Shown: positions 11,910-23,674 of the stretch, piece after piece
Layout of the letters: every line of letters begins with the position of its first letter
Position numbering within the stretch: position 1 is the first letter of the stretch
Assembly: GCA_965226885.1 (NCBI GenBank)
Contig: CBDDEL010000012.1
Location: forward strand, 32,001 to 96,000
DNA from: Opitutales bacterium
GTDB lineage: Bacteria; Verrucomicrobiota; Verrucomicrobiia; Opitutales; UBA2987
Reading direction: 5' to 3'
DNA length: 64,000 nt
Translations under genes and position numbers: made by a program
Notes under the pieces: generated by a model
What the model was told of the DNA's origin: nothing
Databases searched by the model: none
Seen by the model: only the letters and a program-made list of their open reading frames with translations

Positions 11910-12733
11910 CCCGGATATTTCGTAAAAAAAGTATCGTTGATATGCTTAACTGCTGATATACAGCAGGATAGATCAATAATTAAAGCAATATCAGCGATGA
12001 CAAAAGGTAAACAATTAAAGCTACAGTTGACAAGGGTAAAAGGCCGCCGTGTGCGGGTTGATTTCAAGGGCGGAGAGGTTACTTCGGATGCCGGACTGCT
12101 TTTGATCCGGGAAGTGGATCGGCAGTTGGGCTTGACCGAACGAGCGGCCCGACAGTTAGTGGACAAACGGCAGAAGGGCAAAGTACGCCATGAGGTATTG
12201 GGGATGCTGCGGCAGCGCGTTTACGGGCTGGTGGCGGGCTATGAGGATTTGAACGACTTTGATACCCTGCGCCACGATCCATTGTTGCAAACGGTAACGG
12301 GGCGCATTGAAACGTTGGCCAGCGCGCCGACTTTGTGTCGTTTTGAAAACGGGCAGGATCGGCGGGCGGCCTTTGCGGTAAACGAGCTGTTGGTCGAACA
12401 GTTCATGGGCTCCTTTGCCGAGGAACCCGAAGAGATCATCCTGGACTTTGACGCCACCGACAATCCGGTGCACGGGCTCCAGGAGGGACGTTTTTTCCAC
12501 GGTTATTATGATCATTACTGTTTTCTGCCGCTATATGTTTTTTGCGGTGATCAGCTGCTGGTGGCCTACCTGCGGCCGAGCAAGATCGATGCCAGCAAGC
12601 ATGCCGGGGCCATCCTCAAATTGCTGGTTAAACGGATTCGCCAAAGCTGGCCCCGTACGCGGATTATTTGGCGCGCCGACAGTGGATTTTGTCGAGACCG
12701 GATACTCTCTTGGTGCGACCGCAACGAAGTTAG
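11910..12733 (+). mobile_element. IS1380-family element, 5' half only
   Basis: Left end CCCGGATATTTCGT; breaks at the internal site GAAGTTAG. Confidence 0.92.
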
Positions 12734-14240
12734 CCCGGATATTTCGTAAAAAAAGTATCGTTGATATGCTTAACTGCTGATATACAGCAGGATAGATCAA
12801 TAATTAAAGCAATATCAGCGATGACAAAAGGTAAACAATTAAAGCTACAGTTGACAAGGGTAAAAGGCCGCCGTGTGCGGGTTGATTTCAAGGGCGGAGA
12901 GGTTACTTCGGATGCCGGACTGCTTTTGATCCGGGAAGTGGATCGGCAGTTGGGCTTGACCGAACGAGCGGCCCGACAGTTAGTGGACAAACGGCAGAAG
13001 GGCAAAGTACGCCATGAGGTCTTGGGGATGCTGCGGCAGCGCGTTTACGGGCTGGTGGCGGGCTATGAGGATTTGAACGACTTTGATACCCTGCGCCACG
13101 ATCCATTGTTGCAAACGGTAACGGGGCGCATTGAAACGTTGGCCAGCGCGCCGACTTTGTGTCGTTTTGAAAACGGGCAGGATCGGCGGGCGGCCTTTGC
13201 GGTAAACGAGCTGTTGGTCGAACAGTTCATGGGCTCTTTTGCCGAGGAACCCGAAGAGATCATCCTGGACTTTGACGCCACCGACAATCCGGTGCACGGG
13301 CTCCAGGAGGGACGTTTTTTCCACGGTTATTATGATCATTACTGTTTTCTGCCGCTATATGTTTTTTGCGGTGATCAGCTGCTGGTGGCCTACCTGCGGC
13401 CGAGCAAGATCGATGCCAGCAAGCATGCCGGGGCCATCCTCAAATTGCTGGTTAAACGGATTCGCCAAAGCTGGCCCCGTAAGCGGATTATTTGGCGCGC
13501 CGACAGTGGATTTTGTCGAGACCGGATACTCTCTTGGTGCGACCGCAACGAAGTTAGTTACATCGTGGGGATGGCTCGCAATGCACGCTTGCAGCAAGAC
13601 GCCCAGCAGTTGCAAAAGCAGGCCAAAGAATGGTTCGAACTAAGGGGTAAAAAACAACGGTTATTCCAGGACTTCGTCTATGCTGCCGATTCGTGGCGAT
13701 GGCTGCGGTTGGTCATCCATAAAGCCGAACACACCGCACAGGGGTCCAACCCGCGCTTCGTGGTGACGAACCTGCCGGGCGATCCCCAGGAGCTTTACGA
13801 CAAGGTATACTGTGGCCGCGGTGAAATGGAGAACCGAATCAAGGAACAGATGCAATTGTTCAGCGAGCGCACCAGCGCCCATCAATGGTGGGCCAATCAG
13901 TGGCGATTGCTCTTGTCGGCGCGGGCCCAATGCCACACCCTGCGGCTCAAATTAATCAAGATCGGAGCGGTCATCGTGCGCAACACCCGAACGATTCACT
14001 TTCACCTAAGTGAGAGTTATCCTTGGGCCAGTCTTTTCAACCATGCGGCCCGCCGATTGGTGCCAACCTAAAGGGTGCATTGGTGCTGCCCCCGGCACTA
14101 CCGAACCAATGGGGGAAAGGGGGCAGTGTCTCTACACCCTGAAAAACACCTAAAAATCAAGACGATCTGCTCAAAATACAAAGAAATCCATCTCCAATAG
14201 CAATAACGAGCCAAACTTTACCCTTCATGAAATATCCGGG
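12734..14240 (+). mobile_element. IS1380-family element with a 60-bp in-frame internal deletion (tnp 12821-14071)
   Basis: Both ends present; LAYTLMEAMRRLALKGTKWA is missing, deleted between GGCGC microhomologies near 13920. Confidence 0.93.
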
Positions 14241-16712
14241 TTAGCAGGACACAGTTGTTTTTGGGATTTTGCGGCGTCCTTGTGCTCCTTGGGTTATTAG
14301 CCGTGCCCTTGTATCGGCATGTAAAAATTTGGGTAGTGTATTAAGTAGGAATGGTGGCTAATTCTTGATTATATTGATGAATGAAAAGTCTCAGACAGGT
14401 TTCATGCATACTCTTAAGCTTGGAAAAGGAGAGGGTTTTGCGTGTGAAACGACCCAGTCGTTGGCGCAGGGTATTGTTCCATCGTTCCACATGGGCCGTT
14501 TCACCGGTTTCTCTTTTCCCACGGATCGGTTATGAGGAAAGACTTCATCATAAGTGCTCCAAAAGTCGCTGTAGGTGGCACATCTTTTGTAGGCCCGTGG
14601 CAGACGCTCGTAAAGTTCCCGGCAACGATACCAATCCCGAGGCCCAATGGCATAGGAGAGGATTTGACGGGTGCGTCGGCAAAGAGCGATCCAAACCCAT
14701 TGGGCATCGCTCTTGCGCCCCACAAAAGACCACAGTTCGTCCAGTTCAATGACATCATGGCGGCGGGCCGCAAGAATCGTGCTTTTGAGCGGTCGCAGCG
14801 ATTGTCGTTTTTTTTAACCAACTCAAAACGGTGTTGGGACTCACCCCGAAGGCGCGCTGTAAACCGCGTAGACTGCTGCGTTCCTGATAGACTCGAAGGA
14901 TCATTTCTTTTTGCTCTTCGGTGTATTTCACTGTGGGGTTTTGCGGCTTTGTTTACCACAATCATGGCAGCGGTAGCGCTGTTTATGGTTGGGCGTCTTG
15001 CCAAATTTAATGATATTTTCACTTCCACAGTGCCGACAATTAATAATTTTAGTAACCATGCACTAAAAATAAACTGCCTAACGCTATTTGTACAGCTAAA
15101 AATACACAATAACATTCTTTTTTTATACACTACCAAAGTTTGGCGTGCCCGGCGCCTGGCCGAAACGGCTTTGGAATTATCGGCCGACAGGGAAACCATT
15201 ATGGAGGCATGGGAGAAGGCTCAGGCTGCCTACAATCTTGCACCCGCCGACTACGATGCCGTTTATGCTCTGGCCCGGGTTATGACCAAGGGAGACCCTT
15301 CCCTGGCACTGCCGTTTTGGGAGGAGGTCCTGAAGCTATCCAATGGCTCAGCCAAAGATCGGTTGGAACTAGTCGGGACGGCCCTTGCTATAAAAAGGTT
15401 TCCCTTGGCAGAGGAGCATTTGGATATCCTCAAAAAAGAGATACCCTTGCACCCGGAATACCTTTACCTGCAATCGCGGCTTTACCTGGGGCAGAATCAA
15501 CTCGACGAAGCGATAGAGCTGGCTTCCCTTTTATTGGAACAGGAAGACATTCCCGATAAGGCGCACCTTTACTTCGTTCAATTAAGCCAGCTTTCACCTC
15601 AACCGAAAATTCGCCAGGCTGGCATCGATCACTTGTGGGATCTGGCCCGGCGCACCGATGGGCTGGGGATTTCCGCCATCAAGAACCTGGCGCGGTTTCC
15701 GGGGCGAAACCCTGAAACTACTCCAACCCTGATTGGGCTCCTGGATAAACATCCGGCCCCCACCCTGCAGGAGCAATTGCTGCGTTTGGAGATGGAACTG
15801 ACTTTGCCCGGAATCAATGCCGAACAAATTATCCTCAAAGCGGAAGAACAACTCGATTTGCAGGTACCGGAAAAACGGCTGGAATTCGCCCGCTGGCTGA
15901 ATGGAAAGCGTCTGCACGTACACACATTGAGGATTATTGATGAAGAGAGGGCTTTGAGCCGCAAAGATTTTTTTCTGGTCTGGATCGATGCGATGGCCGT
16001 TTTAAACCGCTGGGAGGAGATCGGAGGTATTTTGGAGCAACCGGGGATTCCCCTCGAGACTACCTTTATGCATCTGTTCAAGATGCGGTTCTTAAGGGCC
16101 ACCGACCAGTTTGCGAGAGCTGATATCGAATGGGAAAAAGCTCTTTTTTCCGCTGTCGGCGAGCCGGTCAGACTTTGGTATATGTTTAATTATGCGCAAC
16201 GACTGAATTTATCCCCTTATGCGCGCAGCGCCCTCGAGCGGTTGATTTCTTTCCCCTCAGCCATGCGGGAAGCTTACGAAAAACTCCTGCTTTTGGAACG
16301 CGGTTTGGGCAGCACCGGGGCGATGCTGGCGGTGGTTCGCAGAATGGCAACGGTTTATCCCATCGATTCCGCTGTAAATAACGATATTGCCTACCTCAGC
16401 CTGCTCCTCAGGGAGGACGTTAAAAAGTCGGTCCGCAATGCGCGTCGGCTGGTTGAGGAAAACCCCAGATACCTGTCTCACCGGGTTACCCTTGCCTTGG
16501 GCTATTATCGGCAGAGCAATGCGGTGGCCGCCTTGCAGTTATTTGTCGGCCTTAATTTTGATGAAATTGATATCCCCAATCGCTGGCTCCCGGTTTTTGC
16601 CGCCATTTTGGAGGCCAATGGGTTGTCGTTGCAGGCCGACAATATGCGAAGAAAGATAAATTCCGAGGCTTTGCTGCCGGAAGAGCGTAGCTTGTCGATG
16701 TCCAGCTTTTGA
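14241..16712 (+). pseudogene. Membrane-anchored TPR-repeat protein, start lost to IS1380 and interrupted by IS1
   Basis: Removing 14332-15142 restores SRTQLFLGFCGVLVLLGLLAVPLYRHVKIWRARRLAETA..., a transmembrane anchor followed by helical TPR-like repeats. Confidence 0.8.
14332..15134 (-). mobile_element. IS1-family element (insA/insB with A-run frameshift site)
   Basis: IRs GGTAGTGTA/TACACTACC; 8-bp target duplication AAAATTTG/AAAGTTTG; zinc ribbon CRHC..RYRCHDC; insB-like ELDELWSFVG and YSDFW. Confidence 0.9.
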
Positions 16713-16760
16713 TCGATTTCAATTTCGGCCCATCAATCAAACGAACAATAGGGGGATGGT

Positions 16761-17759
16761 TCAGAGGCTGGCCGGTGGAATCTGAGGCGTTGACTGTATC
16801 GGAATATCCGTGGGCGCAGCTGGGTCTCCAGGGCTGGCAGTAGGGCCGGAAGCAGTGCTGGAAGGAGATTGAAATAACGTAGTTAATATCGGATAATTTA
16901 GAATGGCGCTGCTGGCCGGAATATCTCCGAAGAGACTGATTTCGTATATTTTCAAACCACTGCTCGTTGTGGTTCCTTCTCCTCCTCCTGCATCGCCTCC
17001 GCCTCCGCTTTCCTGTAAATTTCCTAATGCCGCATCGATTTCTAGGTTGGCCTCTGCGACGATTGAGTTGATCTCGGCGGCAATGGCTGGGTCTAAGTTT
17101 TCCATCCTGGCAACCCCGATTTCAGTAATTGCGCCTTGAGCGTCAACCGTCACTGAGAGAACGAGCTGCTTTCCCCCCGTAATCTGGCTGGTATTTCCGC
17201 CGGTAGGAGTGAATTCAAACTCGCCCTGCGCCACACCGATGATGGCATTGACCGTATCCACTGTGATTTGCTGCAATTGCACAATCCAGTCGGTGCCGCG
17301 AATGCCGCCAATGCCGATGGGTGTGACAATTTCAAAGTTCGAACGCGGACGGAGGCTTTTGGTGCTGCCCACGATACTGCCGTAATCGAGCTTGAGCCGT
17401 GTCGTGGACACGCTGGGCTCGCGTGTTAACCCCCTCAACCGGCCCGTTTCCTCGTGGGGTTCCTGGGTAAATTGGGCCACCTGGAGCCGGGAATTTTCCC
17501 TAACCGTGACGGTGGAGCCGCTTGAAAAGAGCAAAGCCACGCTGCCATCGGCTCCTGTCACAATGGTGTATTGGTCCGTAATCTGGACTCCATTGGCTGC
17601 CGTAATGGATTCGCCGGTGGCATCATTGGTCGCGGTTACGGTGCCTTTTACATTGGCCATGATGATTACATTAGAAACCTGGCAGAAGACCTGGAAAGGC
17701 AGGGACAGAAATAAAACCAGAAAAATTGCCGTTTTCGGCTGAGGATATTTGCGAAACAT
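16761..17759 (-). CDS. FecR-domain secreted protein
   Basis: Signal peptide; motifs TGADGSVALLFSSGS.VTVRENS and FEIVTP..GGIRGT. Confidence 0.8.
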   Translation of the reverse strand: MFRKYPQPKTAIFLVLFLSLPFQVFCQVSNVIIMANVKGTVTATNDATGESITAANGVQITDQYTIVTGADGSVALLFSSGSTVTVRENSRLQVAQFTQEPHEETGRLRGLTREPSVSTTRLKLDYGSIVGSTKSLRPRSNFEIVTPIGIGGIRGTDWIVQLQQITVDTVNAIIGVAQGEFEFTPTGGNTSQITGGKQLVLSVTVDAQGAITEIGVARMENLDPAIAAEINSIVAEANLEIDAALGNLQESGGGGDAGGGEGTTTSSGLKIYEISLFGDIPASSAILNYPILTTLFQSPSSTASGPTASPGDPAAPTDIPIQSTPQIPPASL

Positions 17760-17825
17760 TAGATTAAATTAAATTTAAAAATAGTTCGGTTAATCATGAT
17801 GTTGTTATGGAGCGGCCAGCTTTCT

Positions 17826-19043
17826 TTATCCTGAATTGCCCCTATTGCTGGAGGAGGCCTGGGCCGGGCGGACGGGCAGCCAGCGAATGAGCAGGTAACG
17901 GCCTCCGAGGTTGTTAAAATTCATCCGTACCCGCTCTTCTCCGGGTTCCACCTGCTGGACAGCCACCGGTTCATGGTTCCCGAAAAATCTCTCGGGAAGT
18001 CTGACAATATTCAAATTGCCGGCAGGTTTGTTTTGGCTTTCTTTTGGCTCAGGGCTATTATCCAAAACATCATCCAGATTGGGCAGGAAGTAAAACTGGA
18101 GAGTGCCCGGGCCCGATTCATAGAGAAGGGATAATTTGTTGACGGTGGCGTTTTGCTTCAGGTCCAAAACAAGGATGGATTGTTCATCTTCGGGTGAAAA
18201 CTCATAATAGGTCAAAGAGTCATCGTCGATCATGAGGTTGGCGTCGGTAAGCGACCCCGAATTGAGGTAGGCGATTTCAGTGCCCGAGTAGAGCGAGGCG
18301 TAATCGTAACTGACGGTTTCCGTAGTTGCGGAGATATCTAATTCCGCCTCCACCTCATTCACACTTTCCTGGGCGGCCATTTCTCTGCGCTGAAATTTGG
18401 TTTGGCTGATATTGGGTTCTCCAAAGAGCCCCAGGCTGGCAATTTCTCCAGATTTTTCGATTTCAAATTTCAGTTGGACAAATTGGGCTAGAATAATGGG
18501 AAAGGTGTAGTTGGTTCGCTGTTTGGGAGCAATTGAGATGTTTTCGCCGACCTCAGTCCAGCGTTGGCTATCAAGGGGTAGAAATGTGTCGGAGACAGAG
18601 ATATCCACCTTGCCGAGGGCGGAATAGCTCATCAGAAAGACCCGGTTGATGGGGTAGGGATTGACCAGATTGATGATCAGGGTGTGGGAGCCTTGGTTGA
18701 AGTTGTAAGCGAGGGTTTCGTCATCGCTCAAGAGGATTCCAACATCCGAACCTTCACTTGAATTGATGGAAATCTGTGCCTCTTGTCCCTTTTCATCAAT
18801 GTAGGTGATAGAAACATCCATGTGCCAGCGGGCCAGGTTCTTGGGCAGGGCGACCAGGTATTCCTCGCTGACTTGGGGAATTTGATGAAGCTCAAGCGAT
18901 TGGCCTGTGGCTGATGGCAGATACCCGGCCAGTAGTATCAGAACCGGAGAAATAATACGCAAAACGTCCTTTAATCCCATATTCGATACATTTCGGCATC
19001 TATGAAAAGAGCTTAAATACGGAAACTTCATTGAAACTTTCAT
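17826..19043 (-). CDS. Hypothetical exported protein, possibly with two discoidin-like beta-sandwich repeats
   Basis: 405-aa ORF with a signal-like hydrophobic segment and repeated L.DD..L.Y motif; function not recognised. Confidence 0.6.
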   Translation of the reverse strand: MKVSMKFPYLSSFHRCRNVSNMGLKDVLRIISPVLILLAGYLPSATGQSLELHQIPQVSEEYLVALPKNLARWHMDVSITYIDEKGQEAQISINSSEGSDVGILLSDDETLAYNFNQGSHTLIINLVNPYPINRVFLMSYSALGKVDISVSDTFLPLDSQRWTEVGENISIAPKQRTNYTFPIILAQFVQLKFEIEKSGEIASLGLFGEPNISQTKFQRREMAAQESVNEVEAELDISATTETVSYDYASLYSGTEIAYLNSGSLTDANLMIDDDSLTYYEFSPEDEQSILVLDLKQNATVNKLSLLYESGPGTLQFYFLPNLDDVLDNSPEPKESQNKPAGNLNIVRLPERFFGNHEPVAVQQVEPGEERVRMNFNNLGGRYLLIRWLPVRPAQASSSNRGNSG

Positions 19044-19379
19044 ACTGTGATTAATTGTGTTGAACCTATCTTAATCTACGGTCTTTGGCAAGAATTTATA
19101 AGAGGCTTATCATATGCCTTTTGCCAGTTCAAGGTTGCTGTAACTCTTTCTATAAGAATTAAATCTGGAATTTTTTAAAAATAAAAATTATTTTTAAAAA
19201 AAATATTAAAATCATCTTGAAACTGCTATTTTCCCCGAATTTCGACGATATTCAATTGACAGTTGAATCCACCTCAAGTTAACCTGAGACAGATTGGATA
19301 AATTATAGGGGGGACCTATCTTTATCCTGCTTACCTGTTCTTTATCCTGCTTACCTGTTTTATGCTATCATAATAAACA

Positions 19380-20645
19380 ATGGATAAAGAATATCAATTT
19401 TTACAGAGAAATACTTTATATCAGTTTTTGAAATCGAGCATTCCCGCTGCTATCCTCATTATAGTTGCCGTTGGATTGATTTTTCCCACTGGGGCTAAAG
19501 GAGCCCCACCGGCACCTCCCCCTCCTGTTGATTATATTTGGGATGGGGACACAAATGACTTATTTTCCACGGACGATAACTGGGATAATGTAGCGCCGGG
19601 AACAAGTAAAAATGTTGAGGATATTAATACAATTATCTTTAACCGAGCAGGCGATGTCGACCATAACGTTGAGCTCGACCAAGGCGCGGGAGGTTCCAAC
19701 ACACAGCCTATAGGATTAATTAAAATTGAAAGTACAAATAATCGAAGCTTTACCTTCGACGAGTCAACTGAAGGCAATTATGAATATCTCCTATATGGAG
19801 TTGATGTTGGTGGAACAATATTCGGATTTGATAAATGATAGCACCGGCGACCAAACATTCAATGTCAAAGTTGGCATGGAAAACTCCCAGACCTGGCAGT
19901 CAGCCGGCAATGTCACATTCGATGACACGGTATTTTCCGGCAGTAACGGCGAAAATCTGACTTTGAGTGGAAGTTCGGGGATTACCTTTACATTTGCTGA
20001 AGACGTTAACAATGCCTTGGAAAACACAACTGGGAATGAAGTAACCCTCATCCAGGATTTTGCAGGCACAGTTAATATGGATGGGGTGTTTTATCACACA
20101 TCCCTCGAACTCCAGCAAGGCACTTTTCTCTTGCGTGGAAACGATCTTGTCGAGGGCTCAAATTCGAACCCGACTAATCGAACCTGACTAATTTAATATT
20201 CAGCGACATTGGAGATGGCACATTTAGCACAGATGGGTATAACACAGATGGGTATAATGCGACTTTTAATGGGTCGATGACACTATCTGCCAATGGCACC
20301 ATTGACTTGGGATCCGGTGGCGGTACTGTGCTTAATTTTGAAGAGGGGGGAAGCCGCACTGGCGGCACCTTAACTATTGATAATTGGGATGGCGATATTT
20401 GGTCTGGAGGCGGAACGGATCAGATTTTTTTCGGGGAAGGCGAAATCCTTGACGATACATTTCTAAATAACGTTTACTGGAGCCATCTTCCTGCCTATCA
20501 ATTGGGTGCACGACAATTACCATCGGGAGAAATCCTTCCGCTCATTCCAGAACCTTCCACCTATGCCGGAATCGGATTTCTCATTGGATTCATATTTTGG
20601 CGAGAAGGTAAACGCAGAATGGCAGGAAATTCGGACCCCTCATAG
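19380..20645 (+). pseudogene. PEP-CTERM sorted surface protein, two frameshifts
   Basis: Three consecutive frames (19380-19838, 19726-20187, about 20190-20645); C-terminus IPEPSTYAGIGFLIGFIFWREGKRR. Shifts at about 19828 (+1) and about 20165-20192 (14-bp duplication). Confidence 0.85.
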
Positions 20646-20768
20646 AATTCATTTCTAAATAATTTCTATACAAAGAGGTGTTAAATGCTCCAAGCCTCTC
20701 TTTTTTGGCTGGTATGGAAATCGGGGTATTTGACAGTCAAACTCTTGATGCCGTAGCGCTCAGGTGTT

Positions 20769-20922
20769 GGGAGAAGCAAGTAAATCATCTCGATTGACCT
20801 GCCCTCAATACCATGAAGGACCGATTGATTGGGTCTTTCAATGGGGGCCGTAGCCGAAGCATGGCGTTTCCATGGCCCCTCAAATCATAGGACTGAGGTT
20901 CTCTGTAGAATATTGTGCTGCT
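20769..20922 (+). ncRNA. Putative structured ncRNA (6S-like?), 3' end cut by IS21
   Basis: Nested pairings CCTCA/TGAGG, GAAGGACC/GGTCTTTC, GGGGCC/GGCCCC and AGCA/TGCT; TTGACA at 20730. Family not confirmed. Confidence 0.3.
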
Positions 20923-23445
20923 TGTAAACGCCGGGATGAAACCGGTACGGGGGTCGGGGTAAAACCGGTACGCTTGGAATAAGGTTTAGGTTAGTAATTG
21001 CAGGTACGTCAAGGTTTAGGGTTTGGGAGTTGGTTTTGGGGATTGGCTTGGGGTCGGTGAGGAGGCCGGAGGCCGACGAGCCGGGCCCAAGGCGTTTATT
21101 GTTTTGTGCCACGGCGACGGCGTCGAGCATCGCGCAAGCGGTAGCTTTGCCCGTTGGCTTCGAGGATATGCACCCGATGGGTGAGTCGGTCCAGCAGAGC
21201 TCCGGTGAGCCGTTCGGAACCGAGCACTTCGATCCAGTTCTCAAAGGGCAGGTTGGTGGTGACGATGAGACTGGTGCGCTCGTAAGCGCGGCTGACCACG
21301 TCGAAGAGCAGTTCGGAACCGGTCTTGGAAAAAGGGACGTAACCGAGTTCGTCGAGGATGAGTAGGTCGAGCCTTTCGAGTTGCTTCATGAAGCGCTGCA
21401 GGTCGTGGTTGTCGCGTTGCTCGAGCATATGGGTAACCAGGGCGGTGACCCCGAAGAAACGGATCCGCCGGCCCTGGGCACAGGCGGCAAAGCCCAGGGC
21501 GGTGGCCAGGTGCGTTTTACCGGTACCGGCGTTACCGAGGAGCAGCACGTTTTCGCGCTGGTCGACATACTCCCCGCGCATGAGCTCTCGGATGAGCGCT
21601 TCGTTGAGCGAGGGCTGCGCTTCAAAGGCGAAGCTCTCGAGGGTCTTGAGCACGGGGAAACGGGCGTTTTTGATCCGCCGCTGGGCGGCCCGCTGTTCGC
21701 GTTCAATGAGCTCCCGTTCGACCAGATGCAACAAAAAGGCGGCGTAATCGAGCCGGTCCCGGGAACAAGCCGCGGCCACCGCCGGCCATTCGCGCAGGAT
21801 GGTGGGCAACTTCAGTTTCTTGAGGTGATGGTGTAACAGCAGCTGGTTTTTTTCTTCCTTCATAAAGCCCCTCCTGGAATCTTGAGCAGTTCGCTGTAGG
21901 CACCGAGGTCAGGGGCGGCCACACGGACGTGACGCAGGTGTGGATGGCCGTCCAGCCGGAAGGTTCTGCTCCCGTAGTCTTCCTGAGGATAGAGATACTG
22001 GGCGATGGCCTCACGAGTCAGTCCCCCCACCCGCAGGGCCGAGACGACGGCCTGCTGCAAGGCCGCCATGGGGTGTTTCTCCAACAGCCGCAGCACCCGG
22101 ATATACTCCCGGGTGCCTTCGCCCCCGCATTGGCTTTCGAGCCGGCGTCTGAGGACCTGCAGGCACTGCGGCAACTGCCAGCCCGAGAGTGGGCGGGCGA
22201 AGTCCAAAGCGCCCGGTTTTTTCTCCAGCAAAGCCAGGTAGTGCACCGGCTCGAAAGAGACTTGCTCTTTATCCCAAATGCGGCGGTGCCGGGCCACCTC
22301 TTGGCCCCCACAGAAGATCACCACCTGCCGACAGGACCCTTCCACCACCACCGGATGGTGGGCGCAGCGCACCGGCACCGAATAGTCGTTGCACTCGAAG
22401 CGCACCAGCGAGAGGCTGCTGACGCAGGTCGAGCGTTTGCGGCTCGCTTCAAAGGGTATGGGCGGCAACGCCAGCATGACGGCGCGCTCCTCGGCCAGCA
22501 GTTCCTTTTTCACCGCCCTTTTCCCGCGTAATTTACGCTCCATGTCCCGCTCACATGCCTCCAACAGCTTTGCGTTGAGTTCCTCCAGGTCCCGAACCTG
22601 CGGTACCGGTACCAGGAAGTTGGCCCGGGCATAACGCACGATCCCCTCGACCACGCCCTTCTCGTTGGGCCGGGCGGGCAGACAGAAGTGTTCCTCGAAC
22701 AGGTAATGGCTCTGTAGCTGCAGAAACCCGTCGGTCAGCTTGCGTTCACGCGAACCGATAATCTTACCCACCGCCACCTTCGAGTTGTCATAGCTGATGC
22801 GCCGGGGCACCGCCCCGAAAAACTCAAAAGCTCGCAGGTGCCCCTCCCAGAAGCTCTCCGTGCACTCCCGTTCGAACACCTGCACGAAAAAGGCATCGCT
22901 GTAGGGCAGGCTCATGGCAAAAAATGGCCGCCTACGCAATTGCCCCGCCTCCTTCACCAGGGCATGACCGAAGTCCACCTGTCCCTCCCCGGGGCGGTGC
23001 TCCAGCGGCACGAACACTTCCCGCCGCCTCGCTCGCAGCTCGGCCACCACCTCCTTGACCGCCGTGTAGCCCCCTTGGTAGCCCTTCTCCCGACCCAAAC
23101 GCTGGTAGATCCGTTTGGCCGTATGGCGCTGCTTCTTGGGCACGTTCCGGTCCGCTTTGAGCACCTCCTCGATCCAGCCCACATACGGATCGATCTTGCG
23201 CTCTCGCCTCTTCTTGCGCCGGTATCCCGGCGGCTGGGAATAGGCCAGGGCCAGCATCTTTCCCAGGGTCTCCCAGTGCAGTCCCTCTTCTCGCATTACA
23301 GAGCGCTTGCTCTACTTGTCCCGCAGCACTTTGTGCCGCACTCTTGTCCATTGCTTCATATCTCGATACACTCCTCCTTTCTAGGATAAGCGTACCGGTT
23401 TTAAAGCGCCCTCTTTACCGTACCGGTTTTTTCCCGGCGTTTACA
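20923..23445 (-). mobile_element. IS21-family element (istB 21096-21863; istA with an early CAG>TAG stop and a 6-bp duplication)
   Basis: TGTAAACGCCGGG termini; IstB Walker A GNAGTGKT and LILDELG; IstA GQVDFG, YDN, EKGVVE. No target duplication. Confidence 0.95.
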
Positions 23446-23457
23446 CTACCCGGATTC

Positions 23458-23574
23458 GATCATCAAATAACCAAGAAAAGGATTGAAAAATCATAGTGAA
23501 AGCAGAAAATTGGATCGAAATATTGGAATGCAGCTATTTTCAACGATTATTAATGTTCATATGGGAAATCTCGG
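23458..23574 (+). repeat. Dispersed cargo-leader element, copy R1
   Basis: GATCATCAAATAAC...TTGGATCGAAATATT...GCTATTTTCAACGATTATTAATGTTCATATGGGAAATCTCGG, ending 100 nt upstream of the asparagine-synthase-family gene. Confidence 0.9.
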
Positions 23575-23674
23575 AATTTATCTGACTTTGGACCGACTAT
23601 TGCCTATCTGAACACTGATCAATTATATATCGGCATGGATAAAACTTTCAGGGAAACTAGGAAAGCCAGCTAAT

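Noticed and set aside
14532..16712. 726-aa ORF as a real fusion protein
   Set aside because: Its first 200 or so residues are the antisense strand of the IS1 element; the true N-terminus lies at 14241-14331.
23442..23450. TACACTACC as an IS1 end next to IS21
   Set aside because: Four of the nine bases belong to the IS21 terminus; the remainder is too short to support.
20650..23460. A second att copy (tRNA-Asp 3' end repeat) at the island's left edge
   Set aside because: I found no TGGCGGGATAGAC-like repeat by eye, so the boundary remains unproven.
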